Below are positions 27,143 to 36,478 of a stretch of 64,000 bases of DNA, in pieces. Every line of letters starts with the position of its first letter. Position 1 is the stretch's first letter. The notes below the pieces were generated by a model. It was not told the origin of the DNA. It searched no databases and saw nothing but the letters and a program-made list of their open reading frames with translations. Source of the stretch: Candidatus Eiseniibacteriota bacterium (GTDB taxonomy: Bacteria; Eisenbacteria; RBG-16-71-46; CAIMUX01). Position numbers and translations under genes: made by a program. The DNA lies in NCBI GenBank assembly GCA_041390305.1, contig JAWKQE010000010.1:939-64938 (forward strand), read 5' to 3'.

Positions 27143-28656
27143 TCAGACGCCACCCTTGCCCCAGATGACGACGGGGACGGTACGCAGCAGGATCCTGAGA
27201 TCCATGGCGAACGACCAGTTCGCGATGTAGAACAGATCGAGGAGGACCATGTCCTCGAACGAGACGTAGCTGCGGCCGGTTACTTGCCAGAGCCCGGTCA
27301 TTCCGGGCGTGACGTCGAGCCGCCGCTTCTGCCAGTCCTTGTAGAGGTCGAATTCGAAGGGCAGGCAGGGGCGCGGACCGATGAGACTCATCTCCCCCCG
27401 GAGGACGTTGATGAGCTGCGGCAGCTCATCGAGACTCGTGCGGCGGAGGAACCTCCCGATCCGCGTGATGCGCGGATCGTCGACCAGCTTGAAGAGGGGC
27501 TTGCCGTCCTTGTCGACGGCGGCCGCGTCTCCCCCGGTCATGAGTTCGGTGACGTAGGCCCGGTGCGCGCTGTCGTCGTTCTGCACGGCCATCGTCCGGA
27601 ACTTGTAGAACGAGAAGATCCGCCCGTCCTTGCCCATCCGCTCCTGCGTGAAGAGCACGGGGCCGGGCGAGGAGAGCTTCACGAGCACGGCGATCACGAT
27701 CAGGATCGGCGAGATGACGATGCCGCCGATGACGGTGCCGACGAGGTCGAAGACACGCTTGGCCGAGGCCTCGACGTCACGGAGCGGCGTGTGTCCCAGC
27801 GGAACGAGCGGCACGCCGTGGTCGGTCTCGAACGGCAGGGAGTCGACCAGCTGGTTGAAGACGTTGGAGACGACGTGGACCCGTCTGCCCGAAGCGACGA
27901 GCGCATCGCTCAGCAGAATGGCCTCATCCCGCGGCAGGTTCGGCTGGGCCACGACGACGAGGTCGGCATTGATCTCCGCCGCTAAGGAAGGCAGGTCTTC
28001 GAGCCGGGACTGATAGTGGGGACGGAGCGGTCCCGCGGACGGCCGTTCCGGTGAAGCGAACCCGAGGATCCGGACGTTCCGGCTGGAACCTTCCAGTCCA
28101 CGGGCGACCTTCGAGGCCAGCCGTCCTCTCCCACGATGAGGACTCGCTCCGTCCGAGGAACCGCGAACTGACGGCTGAGGGCCGCGCCGGCGAGGGGCCT
28201 AAGCGCGAGGAGCCAGACCGCCATCATCGCCTGATACAGGAACAGGACCTTCCGGAGCTCCCAGGGGATCTCCTCGGCGAACAGGAAGAGCGCGCCGATC
28301 ATCGCGCCGACGAAGTAGACGAGGACCCGCAGGCCGATCTCAGCCTGGCGACGCCAGGACATCAGGTAGCTGCGGCGGTAGAGCCCGGAGATCCCCACGA
28401 TGGCCGGGAAGATCAGGGCGAGTACGATCGCGAGCCGGGCGGAGGCGACGGAGCCTCCGACGTCGACTCCCACGTCGAAGCGTCCAGCGAACTGCAGGGC
28501 GAGAAGGCAGAAGATCTGTGCGATCGCCAGGTCGGCGAACAGCAGAACGATCCTCGGCTTCTGGCTCCTACGGGGGATTTCGATGGGATCCGCGGCGTGG
28601 ACGGAGCGCCCGGCCGGGGTGGTTTCCCCGAGCCCGGCGATCAGATGTTCCGCCAT
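27143..28656 (-). pseudogene. WbaP/EPS-type polyprenyl glycosylphosphotransferase, split by one frame change as sequenced (fragments 27982..28662 and 27143..27952)
   Basis: The N-terminal fragment has 4-5 TM helices and ends in RVLIVGEDG, then drifts into junk. The frame of the downstream fragment, read upstream of its first start codon, gives RLASKVARGLEGSSRNVRILGFASPERPSAGPLRPHYQSRLEDLPSLAAEINADLVVVAQPNLP..., the expected linker domain. The C-terminal catalytic domain contains PGPVLFTQERMGKDGRIFSFYKFRTM and [21 protein letters not shown]. The junction is near 28118-28123. Confidence 0.8.
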
Positions 28657-28898
28657 GCGCACCAGCCTCCTGCTCCCATGCCCCTCAATCCCAAGCTAGA
28701 GCACGTCCTGCGGCGACTCACGTCCTTGTGAATCGGGACTGGCTCCCGTGAATATTCGGAGCGACGATAGGGAAACGCGGCCCGTCATTTCAAGCCGAAA
28801 TGCCCGTTTCGGTTCCCCGAAAACTGGCCGGTCGACGGAACCGCCCAACCGGCCGGGAGGAGCCACCGGGAGACGGGCCGGAAGGGGCGTCGAGCCGG

Positions 28899-30611
28899 CT
28901 ACCTGGTAGGCGCCGTGCTCCGGACGGGCGTGGTAGCGAGCGCGCCACTCGAGGACCCCTCGGGGGCCGCCACATGCTTCTCCGGTAGCCAGACCGAGAA
29001 CACGCTCCCCTGCCCTGGGGCCGAGGTGACCCAGATCCGGCCGTCGTGTTCTTCGACGATCCCCTTCGAGATCGCGAGGCCGAGTCCGGTGCCACTCGCA
29101 GTTCGCGTGCTGGATGAATCCAGCTGACGGAACTTCGTAAATAGCTTGGGGATATCGTCTGCCGAAATCCCGATGCCGGTGTCCTCGATGTCGAGCCGGA
29201 CCCCCCCGTCCTCGCTCGTGGCGCGGATCCGGATGACCCCGTTCTCGTTCGAGAACTTGACCGCGTTGCCGACCAGATTCGTCAGCACCTGGCTGATCCT
29301 GAGTTCGTCCGCCTCGATCGTCGGGAGGCCGTCCTCGACCTCCGTCTCCACCCGGATCGACTTCTGCTCGGCCAGGTTGCCCAGGTTGACGACGACACTC
29401 TCGAGCAGGCTCCCGACCGACATCTGGGTGAAGTGGGTGGAGAGTCTGGACGACTCGAGCTTCGAGAAGTCGAGGATGTCGTTGATCAGGGTCTCCAGCC
29501 TCTCGACGTTGGTGGAGCAGATGGCGAGGAGCTCCTTCTGGGGCTCGGCCATATCGAAGTAGCTGTCGTCCGAGAGGATCTCCAGCGTTCCCTTGATCGC
29601 CGTCAGTGGAGTCCTCACCTCGTGCGAAACGACCGCGACGAACTCGGACTTCATCTTGTCGAGAGCCTGGATCTTCTCGTAGACCCGCGCGTTGTGGATC
29701 GAGATCGTCGCCTGGCTCGCGAGTCCGACGAGGAGGTCCCGGTCGTCCTGGCTGAACGTCCCCTCTTCGGCGGCGAGCACGGCGATCGTTCCTACGACGA
29801 CCTGCTCCTGGAGGAGCGGTACGACCCACGCGACGGTGGGCGCTTCGCCGGGAACGTCGATCTCCGCGAGCACGGCGCGCTTCTCGGAGACGACCTTGAG
29901 GTTGGTCGGGTGGAGGACCTCCGCCCAGAGCGGCTCCGCCTCGTGGGAGTCCGCGATCCCGCGCGAAACCCGGCAGTGGATCTCGTGACTCTCGTCGAGG
30001 AGGAAGAGGAGTCCACGACCGGCCCGCGTGAGTTCGACGGACTTCTCGAGAATGAGGTTGAGCGTCCGGTCGAGGTCGAGGGTGGCGGTGATCTCCTTGC
30101 CGACCTCGTACAGAGTCCGCATCCGCCAGGTCGCTTCGTCGACCAGGCGGCTCAGCTCATCCCGGTGCTTCTGCAAGGACGTGACGAACCGGCGGTTCTC
30201 GGAGAGAAGCCGCCGGCGCTCCAGAGCCTTGCTCACCGTCTGTTCCATCTCGAACAGGTCGAACGGCTTGAGGACGTAGTCGTAGGCGCCTTGGCGCAGT
30301 GCGTCGATGGCGGTGAGGGTGGAGGCGTTGCCCGTCAGCACGATGACCTCGATCTCCGGGTCGACTCGCTTGGCGTGCCCGAGCACGCAGAGTCCGTCGG
30401 CCCCCGGAAGGTTGAGGTCCGTGACGACCAGGTCGAACTCCTGTTGCCCCAGGAGCTCCATGGCCTCCTCGCCGGTCTTCGCGATCGTGAGCTGGTACTC
30501 ACTCCCCTCGAAGAACTCGACGAAGATCTCGAGCAACGGCTCCTCGTCGTCCACGACGAGGAGTCGCGGCATGTCGAGTGCCCAGCCCTCTTCCACCGAC
30601 TGTCTTTGCAT
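28899..30611 (-). CDS. hybrid response regulator / GAF / histidine kinase
   Basis: REC domain (LLVVDDEE, DLVVTDLNLPGADG, LKPF), a GAF segment, H-box VSHEVRTPLTAI, NLVGNAVKFS and GTGLGLAIS. The ATG at 30609-30611 overlaps the upstream TGA (TGATG). Confidence 0.85.
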   Translation of the reverse strand: MQRQSVEEGWALDMPRLLVVDDEEPLLEIFVEFFEGSEYQLTIAKTGEEAMELLGQQEFDLVVTDLNLPGADGLCVLGHAKRVDPEIEVIVLTGNASTLTAIDALRQGAYDYVLKPFDLFEMEQTVSKALERRRLLSENRRFVTSLQKHRDELSRLVDEATWRMRTLYEVGKEITATLDLDRTLNLILEKSVELTRAGRGLLFLLDESHEIHCRVSRGIADSHEAEPLWAEVLHPTNLKVVSEKRAVLAEIDVPGEAPTVAWVVPLLQEQVVVGTIAVLAAEEGTFSQDDRDLLVGLASQATISIHNARVYEKIQALDKMKSEFVAVVSHEVRTPLTAIKGTLEILSDDSYFDMAEPQKELLAICSTNVERLETLINDILDFSKLESSRLSTHFTQMSVGSLLESVVVNLGNLAEQKSIRVETEVEDGLPTIEADELRISQVLTNLVGNAVKFSNENGVIRIRATSEDGGVRLDIEDTGIGISADDIPKLFTKFRQLDSSSTRTASGTGLGLAISKGIVEEHDGRIWVTSAPGQGSVFSVWLPEKHVAAPEGSSSGALATTPVRSTAPTR

Positions 30612-31849
30612 CAAGCAGCGCCCAGGGAGCAGGCCATGCTCCGGTTCCGTCCCATCCGCTTCGCCTGGTAGAGCGCCTGATCCGCCATCTTGATCAGGTC
30701 TTCGATCGAATCCGCGTCATGCGGGTAGTTCGCGACGCCGACGGAGACGGTGATCCGCTTCCGACGCGGGAAGGAGTGCTCGGCCACCGCTGTGCGGAGG
30801 CGCTCCGCCGCGGTCAGAGCCTGCTGCATCTCCGTCATCGGTAGGAGGACCACGAACTCTTCCCCGCCGAAGCGCGCGAGGAGGTCTGAGCTCCGCGCCC
30901 ACTTCATGAGGAGCTTGCCGAGCTCGGCCAGGATCCGGTCTCCCAGTCCATGTCCGTAGGTGTCGTTGATCCGCTTGAAGTCGTCGATGTCGAGGAAGAG
31001 GAGCGAGAACTCGTGCCCGTGGCGCTTGGCCCGCGCCTGCTCTTCCTGGAGCCTCGTGAGGAAATGCCGCCGGTTGTAGAGCCCGGTGAGCTCGTCCGTG
31101 ATGGCGAGCCGCGACATCTCTTCGTACATCAGGATCCGCTGGAGGATGGCCGCCGCCTGAGACGCGATGAGCGTGAGGAGACGGAGGTGTTCCTCCGTGA
31201 AGGCCTGATTCTGCGGGTGGCTCAGGTTGAGCACCCCGACCAGCTCCTGCTGCACCACGAGCGGCACGGACAGGAACGATCCGATGTCCGGCCCGATCGA
31301 CCGCGAAGTACGGTGGAGCTCGTTGAGGAGGATCGGCTTCTGCTGCTTCGCGACCCAGGAGGAGAATCCGAACCCGTGATCGAACGCCACGCCACCGATG
31401 AGATCGACGTGGTCACCGAACACGGTGCCGACGACGAGCTGCTTGGAAGCGCGGTTGAGGACGAAGAGCGTGCCGTTCTGGTACGGGATGACCTGCCGGA
31501 TCAGCTCCATGAGCTTGTCCAGGGCCTCTTCCCGCTGGTCCGTCGACTGGATGAGTCGAGAGACTTCCATCAAGATCTCCAGCTCCTGCCCCTCGCGCGG
31601 GCGGGAATCACCCTTGCTCGTCTGGAGAACGCGGATGATCTTGTTGTGGAGAGTGTGAGCCGTCGAGAGGACCTCGGACGATCGCTTCTGGGCGACCGCC
31701 TTGTCGATCTTCTCGAGGAAAGACGATCTCTCCCGCTCGGTGAGATAGCCAGCGTCCTCCAGCACCTTGATCAGCTTCGCTTCTCCTTTGCGAAACTTCT
31801 CGGTGATGTCCTGGAGTTGTTGGGATCCGTTGCCGTTTCTCCTGCGCAT
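30611..31849 (-). CDS. GAF domain diguanylate cyclase (GGDEF)
   Basis: GAF-like middle region, then ITDELTGLYNRRHF, FLDIDDFKRINDTYGH and the active-site motif RFGGEEFVVLL. An RxxD-like I-site is not obvious. Confidence 0.85.
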   Translation of the reverse strand: MRRRNGNGSQQLQDITEKFRKGEAKLIKVLEDAGYLTERERSSFLEKIDKAVAQKRSSEVLSTAHTLHNKIIRVLQTSKGDSRPREGQELEILMEVSRLIQSTDQREEALDKLMELIRQVIPYQNGTLFVLNRASKQLVVGTVFGDHVDLIGGVAFDHGFGFSSWVAKQQKPILLNELHRTSRSIGPDIGSFLSVPLVVQQELVGVLNLSHPQNQAFTEEHLRLLTLIASQAAAILQRILMYEEMSRLAITDELTGLYNRRHFLTRLQEEQARAKRHGHEFSLLFLDIDDFKRINDTYGHGLGDRILAELGKLLMKWARSSDLLARFGGEEFVVLLPMTEMQQALTAAERLRTAVAEHSFPRRKRITVSVGVANYPHDADSIEDLIKMADQALYQAKRMGRNRSMACSLGAA

Positions 31850-31929
31850 GTCCCTAGCTCCGTTCCTCGTCCGCCCTGCTTGGTTGCCTAGGCTTCCTTG
31901 CCCCGGGCGTAGCCCCGTCTACCCCCCGG

Positions 31930-32805
31930 TTAGGAGGCGTTGTCGAAAAATCGGATTTCGCGATCCACTGCCGTCCGGATCCTCCAGACGAACGTCGCGA
32001 TGACCTCGCCCGCCAGGCCGAGCCGCTCGAAAGCGGGACCTGGTGCGTCGAGATCGGGCGGCGGCACCTCGTCCATCTCCATTTCCCAAAGAGGTGAGCC
32101 AAGTAGGTCGTCGATGGCCGCGGCGCGGAGGACGAGACCGTCCTGGCTCGCGGGGTCGTCGTGATGACGGCGGGCCACTTCCTGGAGCGCGGGATCGAAC
32201 TCCCAGCCGACGAGGATCTGCTCGCCGATCTCCGTGTGGTCCGTCTCGAAGAGCGCCTTCTCGCGTTCCGTCCACTCCGCGCGGCCGAGAGACTCTTCGA
32301 AGAGCGCGCCGTACTCATCCGGGAACGCGGTGAGAATCGGCTGGCGACCGATGTCCTGGAAGAGACCGGCGAGGAACGCGATCTCGGGATCGGGGTCACG
32401 CAGACACATCGAGAGAGCGCGCATCGCGAGCGCCGCACTCACCGAGTGCGTCCAGAGATCACGCATCCGCGGGTGGGCCTTCTGCTTGCTTCCAGTTGGA
32501 AGACAGGTGACCACGACGACGTCGCGGACGTACTTCACTCCGAGGCGAAGGATCGCGTCGGGAAGTGAAGAGATCTCCCGGGAGCCGCCCATCGAGGCCG
32601 AGTTCGCCGCGCGAAGGACCGCGGCGGTGATCCCGGGGTCGCGGGACACCGCCCGCGCGAGATCGGCTACACCGGTGTCCTCGTCGCGCGCCATGGCGAG
32701 GACGCGGGTGGCCACATCGGGGAACGGCGGGATCTCCGAGATGGCTCCTTGGATCCGATCCCGCCTCTCCTGTGCCTGCATTGTCAAAAGCGTATCTCCT
32801 GCCAC
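31930..32805 (-). CDS. HDOD domain protein
   Basis: IPPFPDVATRVLAMARDEDTGVADLARAVSRDPGITAAVLRAANSA...LGVKYVRDVVV...LWTHSVSAALAM...AGLFQDIG is the typical HDOD pattern. The start codon is uncertain (GTG 32805, TTG 32787 or ATG 32781). Confidence 0.8.
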   Translation of the reverse strand: MAGDTLLTMQAQERRDRIQGAISEIPPFPDVATRVLAMARDEDTGVADLARAVSRDPGITAAVLRAANSASMGGSREISSLPDAILRLGVKYVRDVVVVTCLPTGSKQKAHPRMRDLWTHSVSAALAMRALSMCLRDPDPEIAFLAGLFQDIGRQPILTAFPDEYGALFEESLGRAEWTEREKALFETDHTEIGEQILVGWEFDPALQEVARRHHDDPASQDGLVLRAAAIDDLLGSPLWEMEMDEVPPPDLDAPGPAFERLGLAGEVIATFVWRIRTAVDREIRFFDNAS

Positions 32806-32842
32806 GAGAACCCGTTCCGACTGGGCTCCCTGCCCCGAACTC

Positions 32843-34921
32843 TTATCGGCCGTCCTTGCCCGATTCCGCAGTGGGAATGCTCGGCTTACGTTCTTCGAAG
32901 AGCGTGCGAAGGATCAGCTGCACCTCGTGACGACCGAGCCCGACCTGGTCACAGATCTCGGGAACCGGCACACCACGCCCCGCGAGATCGAGAACCGCGT
33001 CCCGCATCTGTTCGAGCTCTCCGCCCTGGATTGGGGCATTTCCCTCACGCCTTTCGGGACGCGAGCGGACCCAACTCCGGACCGCACCGGTGCCGGCCGT
33101 CTCCGTCTCGAGCGGCGTCGCGAGCGGCATCTCGGCCTTCTCCGGCATACGCGCCTCGACCACGTCGGGCGCGCTCGGAGCAGGCGGTGGGGTCGGCGTG
33201 GATGCCTCGATCGGCGTTGCCACGGGCGGTACCGCCTCGGCCGGCGCCACGGGTGTCGGCGCCTCGGGCGTCGTCGGGGCCGTCGTCACGGTCACGGGCG
33301 GCGCCGACCCAGGCGCCCCATGAGTCACGTCACTCGTCTCGAGCGGCATCGACGCGGCTGCTTCCACCGAAGCAGCGCCGTTCGTAGTCCCGAGGTCCTC
33401 CAGGTCCACGACGACAGGGAGTTCACCATTCTCGAGGAGGAAGTGCTCCCACGGACTGACCGCGGGCGCATCCGGCTCTGCCGGAACCTCGAACGGAGGC
33501 TGCGGCTCCGGGCCGAGGTCGAGGAGCTCGATGATGTGGTTCTCCCAGTCGTGCTCGGTATCCTCGGTGGACATCTCGGCCGCCAGTTCCGCGACGTACT
33601 CGAGCTCGTGCTTCGAGATCTCGTGCTTGGAGCTGCCGTTCTCGGCGGCGAGCCCGGTCGGGATTCGCTCGGTGAGCTCGCGGACCGTCTCGGCCAGGGT
33701 CAGAACCGACCGCTCGATCCGCGTCATCCGTTCGATCTCGGCCGGATCGGTCGCGGGGAGATCGGAGGCGGTGTCCTTCTCCCGCACCCGGATCGGGATC
33801 ACCTTGGAGGAGCCGTCGACTACGGACTCGGGCTCGTCGAAGGCACGCCGTGTCCTGCCCGTTCGCGCCGGCGGTTCGATGCCCAGAGCCCGCGCCTGTG
33901 CGGCGCGCACGTCGGCGATCGCTTCCCTGAGCGACGCAGGAGACGACTCGAACGAAACCGGAGACGGTTCGAGTGGAGCCGCCGCCTTCGTTCCGGCGTT
34001 CTGCTTGGCCTTGGCCGCGGCCGCGAACGCGGAGTTCGGCCGCGAGGCACCGATGATCTTGGAGAAGGTGCTGGCCGTCGCCGGCAGGGGCGAGTCCGCA
34101 CCCGCCTGGGACGTTGCTTCCGCGAAGTGGTCGTTTCGCGTCCGCATGGCGGACGGACCCATAGGCTGTGCCGCCGTCTCCGGAAGCACGGCTTCGGCGT
34201 GCTCCCACTTCGTCGTCGCCTGCCGGCGCGGGCGGGCGAGTTCCTCCGCGCTCATCCGCGCGATCATCGAGTCGGGGAGCCGGTGCGCGCCGAGCGAGAT
34301 CGGCGGCTTCCGTCGACGGGTGACCATCGCGGCACCGACGCTGAAGCAGCCGAGCACACCGATCGCGATGACCCAGGGAGTCCATCCCGCGAAGTCCCGG
34401 GACTCAGCTTCCGACGCGATTCCTGCCGGAGTCGACGGATCGGCGGGAAGCGGACGCGCCTCGGGTCGAGCTTCCGGCTGTCCCGCGTCGCCTGACCGGG
34501 GCTCCGCGCCGGACACCGGATCCGCAACGGACTTCGGGTTCGCGTCGGACGCCCGCGGGATCTCGGACGTGCCGCCCTCCTGGGTCGCCGTCGACGAACT
34601 CGGAGACGCGCCGGAGCGCGCGGTACCGCCCGGAACATCGGGGCCGAGCTCCGCGATCCGGATCTGCTCGGCGAGCCGGTCCCGACCATCCGGGACGAGT
34701 AGGTCCCGATCGTCGGGCAGAGCGAGGTGGGACTCCGCGCGGGGAGCGACCGACGCCGCGTTCCCGTCCGCGGGGATGCGTAGAGCCGAAGCGTCGTCCA
34801 ACCAGACGAGCGCCACCGTACCCCACACGAGACAGAGCGCCGCACTCCCCAGAGCCCACGCACGGCGGTGCGAACGGCTGGGGATCCCGGTGCTCTTCAC
34901 GACTGTTTGCGACTTCGCCAT
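32843..34921 (-). CDS. large low-complexity membrane protein with DUF2802-like C-terminal helix-turn-helix-like motif
   Basis: GAGGAGG-N5-ATG at 34919-34921 (MAKSQTVV..). Two hydrophobic spans (WALGSAALCLVWGTVALVWL; WVIAIGVLGCFSVGAAMV) and long Ala/Pro/Ser/Glu-rich regions. The C-terminus ELEQMRDAVLDLAGRGVPVPEICDQVGLGRHEVQLILRTL resembles the DUF2802 tail found next to flagellar/chemotaxis genes. Confidence 0.5.
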   Translation of the reverse strand: MAKSQTVVKSTGIPSRSHRRAWALGSAALCLVWGTVALVWLDDASALRIPADGNAASVAPRAESHLALPDDRDLLVPDGRDRLAEQIRIAELGPDVPGGTARSGASPSSSTATQEGGTSEIPRASDANPKSVADPVSGAEPRSGDAGQPEARPEARPLPADPSTPAGIASEAESRDFAGWTPWVIAIGVLGCFSVGAAMVTRRRKPPISLGAHRLPDSMIARMSAEELARPRRQATTKWEHAEAVLPETAAQPMGPSAMRTRNDHFAEATSQAGADSPLPATASTFSKIIGASRPNSAFAAAAKAKQNAGTKAAAPLEPSPVSFESSPASLREAIADVRAAQARALGIEPPARTGRTRRAFDEPESVVDGSSKVIPIRVREKDTASDLPATDPAEIERMTRIERSVLTLAETVRELTERIPTGLAAENGSSKHEISKHELEYVAELAAEMSTEDTEHDWENHIIELLDLGPEPQPPFEVPAEPDAPAVSPWEHFLLENGELPVVVDLEDLGTTNGAASVEAAASMPLETSDVTHGAPGSAPPVTVTTAPTTPEAPTPVAPAEAVPPVATPIEASTPTPPPAPSAPDVVEARMPEKAEMPLATPLETETAGTGAVRSWVRSRPERREGNAPIQGGELEQMRDAVLDLAGRGVPVPEICDQVGLGRHEVQLILRTLFEERKPSIPTAESGKDGR

Positions 34922-34988
34922 CCTGGCCTCCTCGCTCCCATCCAAGGGGCGCCCTCATCCCTTTGAGGGAGCCGCCACCCGGACTCTT

Positions 34989-35240
34989 CTAGGCACGCAC
35001 GTCGACGTGTCGTCCCCGCTCCTCGTCGTCCGGGTCTTCTTCGTCCTTGCCGGCCGCATCGGTCTCGGGCTTCGCGGCTTCCTGCCCTTCCTGGGCTTCC
35101 GCCTCTTTGCCCTCTTCCGCCTCACCCTTCTTCTTCCGGCGACGGCGCCTCTCCAGATGAGGCTTTCCGTCCCGCGCCCCCCCCTGACCGCTGAGGCTTT
35201 GGACCCGACTCGGGCTCGGTATCCGGTTCAGCTCGTTCAT
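34989..35240 (-). CDS. 83-aa highly charged, probably disordered protein immediately downstream of fliA
   Basis: GAGGGAG-N5-ATG at 35238-35240. The sequence is MNELNRIPSPSRVQSL.., then RRRRRKKKGEAEEGKEAEAQEGQE..DEEDPDDEE. I recognise no family. Confidence 0.45.
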   Translation of the reverse strand: MNELNRIPSPSRVQSLSGQGGARDGKPHLERRRRRKKKGEAEEGKEAEAQEGQEAAKPETDAAGKDEEDPDDEERGRHVDVRA

Positions 35241-35306
35241 GGGGTCTCCCTCACCGGGCCGGAGAGTGCCGCGTTCGACACGGACCGACCTCAGGTTCGA
35301 GACGGC

Positions 35307-36083
35307 CTATCCAAGCGCGCGATGGAGCCGTCCCTTCAGCCGCAGGATCGCCTTCGTGTGGATCTGCGACACGCGCGATTCCGAGATGCGGAGGGCCATC
35401 CCGATCTCCTTCAGCGTCATCTCTTCGTAGTAGTAGAGAGCGACGACGAGCCGCTCCTGCTCACTCAGGTGGTTGATGAGTTCGAGCAGCTTGTCGCGGT
35501 ACTCGGCGTCTTCCAGCTCTTCGAGCATGTTGAGCGCGGCCTTGTCCTCGATCACGTCGGCGAGGCCGGCCAGATCGTGGTCGTCGTCGACCTGCATGGC
35601 CTGGTCGAGCGAGAGGAGCACCGTGCCCCGGACTTCTTCGAGGAGACGGAGGAATTCGTGGAGGGAGAGGTTCAGCTCGTCCGCCATTTCCTGCTCGGTC
35701 GCGGCGCGGCCCAGCTTCTGGTCGAGACGCTGACAGGCCTGCTCGATCATTCTCGCCTTGCGGCGGGTCGTGCGTGAGGCCCAGTCCATCGACCGCAGCT
35801 CGTCGAGGACGGCACCCTTGATCCGCCAGATGGCGTAGGTCTCGAACTTCGTGCCCCGGCTCTCGTCGTATTTCTCGAGAGCGTCGAAGAGTCCGATCAT
35901 CGCCGTGTTGACGAGGTCGTCCCGCTCGATCGACTTGGGCAGACCGGTCGCGATCTTGTCGACGACGTACTTCACGAGTGGGAAGTAGCGCTTGAGGGCC
36001 GCGTCCTTGTCTCGCATGTAGAACACGGAGACGGGCTCATCCTCGTGTGCGGTCGTCTGACGGACGGTCTGGCTACGAACCAT
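35307..36083 (-). CDS. fliA: flagellar sigma factor FliA (sigma-28)
   Basis: GGGAGGA-N5-ATG at 36081-36083. Region 2 is DDLVNTAMIGLFDALEKYDESRGTKFETYAIWRIKGAVLDELR. Region 4.2 is MTLKEIGMALRISESRVSQIHTKAILRLK. It follows flhF-flhG. Confidence 0.9.
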   Translation of the reverse strand: MVRSQTVRQTTAHEDEPVSVFYMRDKDAALKRYFPLVKYVVDKIATGLPKSIERDDLVNTAMIGLFDALEKYDESRGTKFETYAIWRIKGAVLDELRSMDWASRTTRRKARMIEQACQRLDQKLGRAATEQEMADELNLSLHEFLRLLEEVRGTVLLSLDQAMQVDDDHDLAGLADVIEDKAALNMLEELEDAEYRDKLLELINHLSEQERLVVALYYYEEMTLKEIGMALRISESRVSQIHTKAILRLKGRLHRALG

Positions 36084-36096
36084 GGAATCCTCCCGG

Positions 36097-36465
36097 TTAG
36101 GCGGCTTGTGAAGAGCTACCCTCTGTGTCGGACGACGTCGAAGCCGCGCCAAGCAGCTCCGCCATCGCTCCCATCGCTCCCTCTCCCACGGGAGAGGCCC
36201 CCTGAGCGGCTTCCTGCCGCGCTTTCTCCAGAGCCTCCTGCTCCTTCCGCTCCATTTCCTCACGAGCGATGTCCTCGAGGATCGAACGACCCAGGACGTG
36301 TCCCCCGATGAGCGCGAAGAAGAAGACCAGTCCTCCCGAGATCATGATCCGGAAGGCAATCGTGTAGATGGTTGCGCCCTGCCATACACCGACCAGCCCG
36401 ACGAGGGCGGCGACTGCGAGTGCGACGACGGCCGCGAACTCCATGACGAGTTGGTGCATTCCCAT
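36097..36465 (-). CDS. small membrane protein of unknown function between flhG and fliA
   Basis: 122 aa with two to three hydrophobic helices (FAAVVALAVAALVGLVGVW; IMISGGLVFFFALIGGHVLG), then a charged tail EEMERKEQEALEKARQEAAQ. It has 13-nt gaps to both neighbours. Confidence 0.5.
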   Translation of the reverse strand: MGMHQLVMEFAAVVALAVAALVGLVGVWQGATIYTIAFRIMISGGLVFFFALIGGHVLGRSILEDIAREEMERKEQEALEKARQEAAQGASPVGEGAMGAMAELLGAASTSSDTEGSSSQAA

Positions 36466-36478
36466 CTAAGCCAGTTCC

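Noticed and set aside
28795-28812. Hairpin ccgaaa-tgcccg-tttcgg as terminator of the hybrid kinase gene
   Set aside because: The stem is only 6 bp, it lies 90 nt from the stop, and no U-tract follows on the minus strand. That is too weak to call.
32234-35777. Two plus-strand ORFs of about 750 aa (32234..34495, 33531..35777) opposite HDOD, the DUF2802-like gene and fliA
   Set aside because: They are antisense to recognisable genes, are Arg/Gly/Pro/Ser-rich, and have no motifs.
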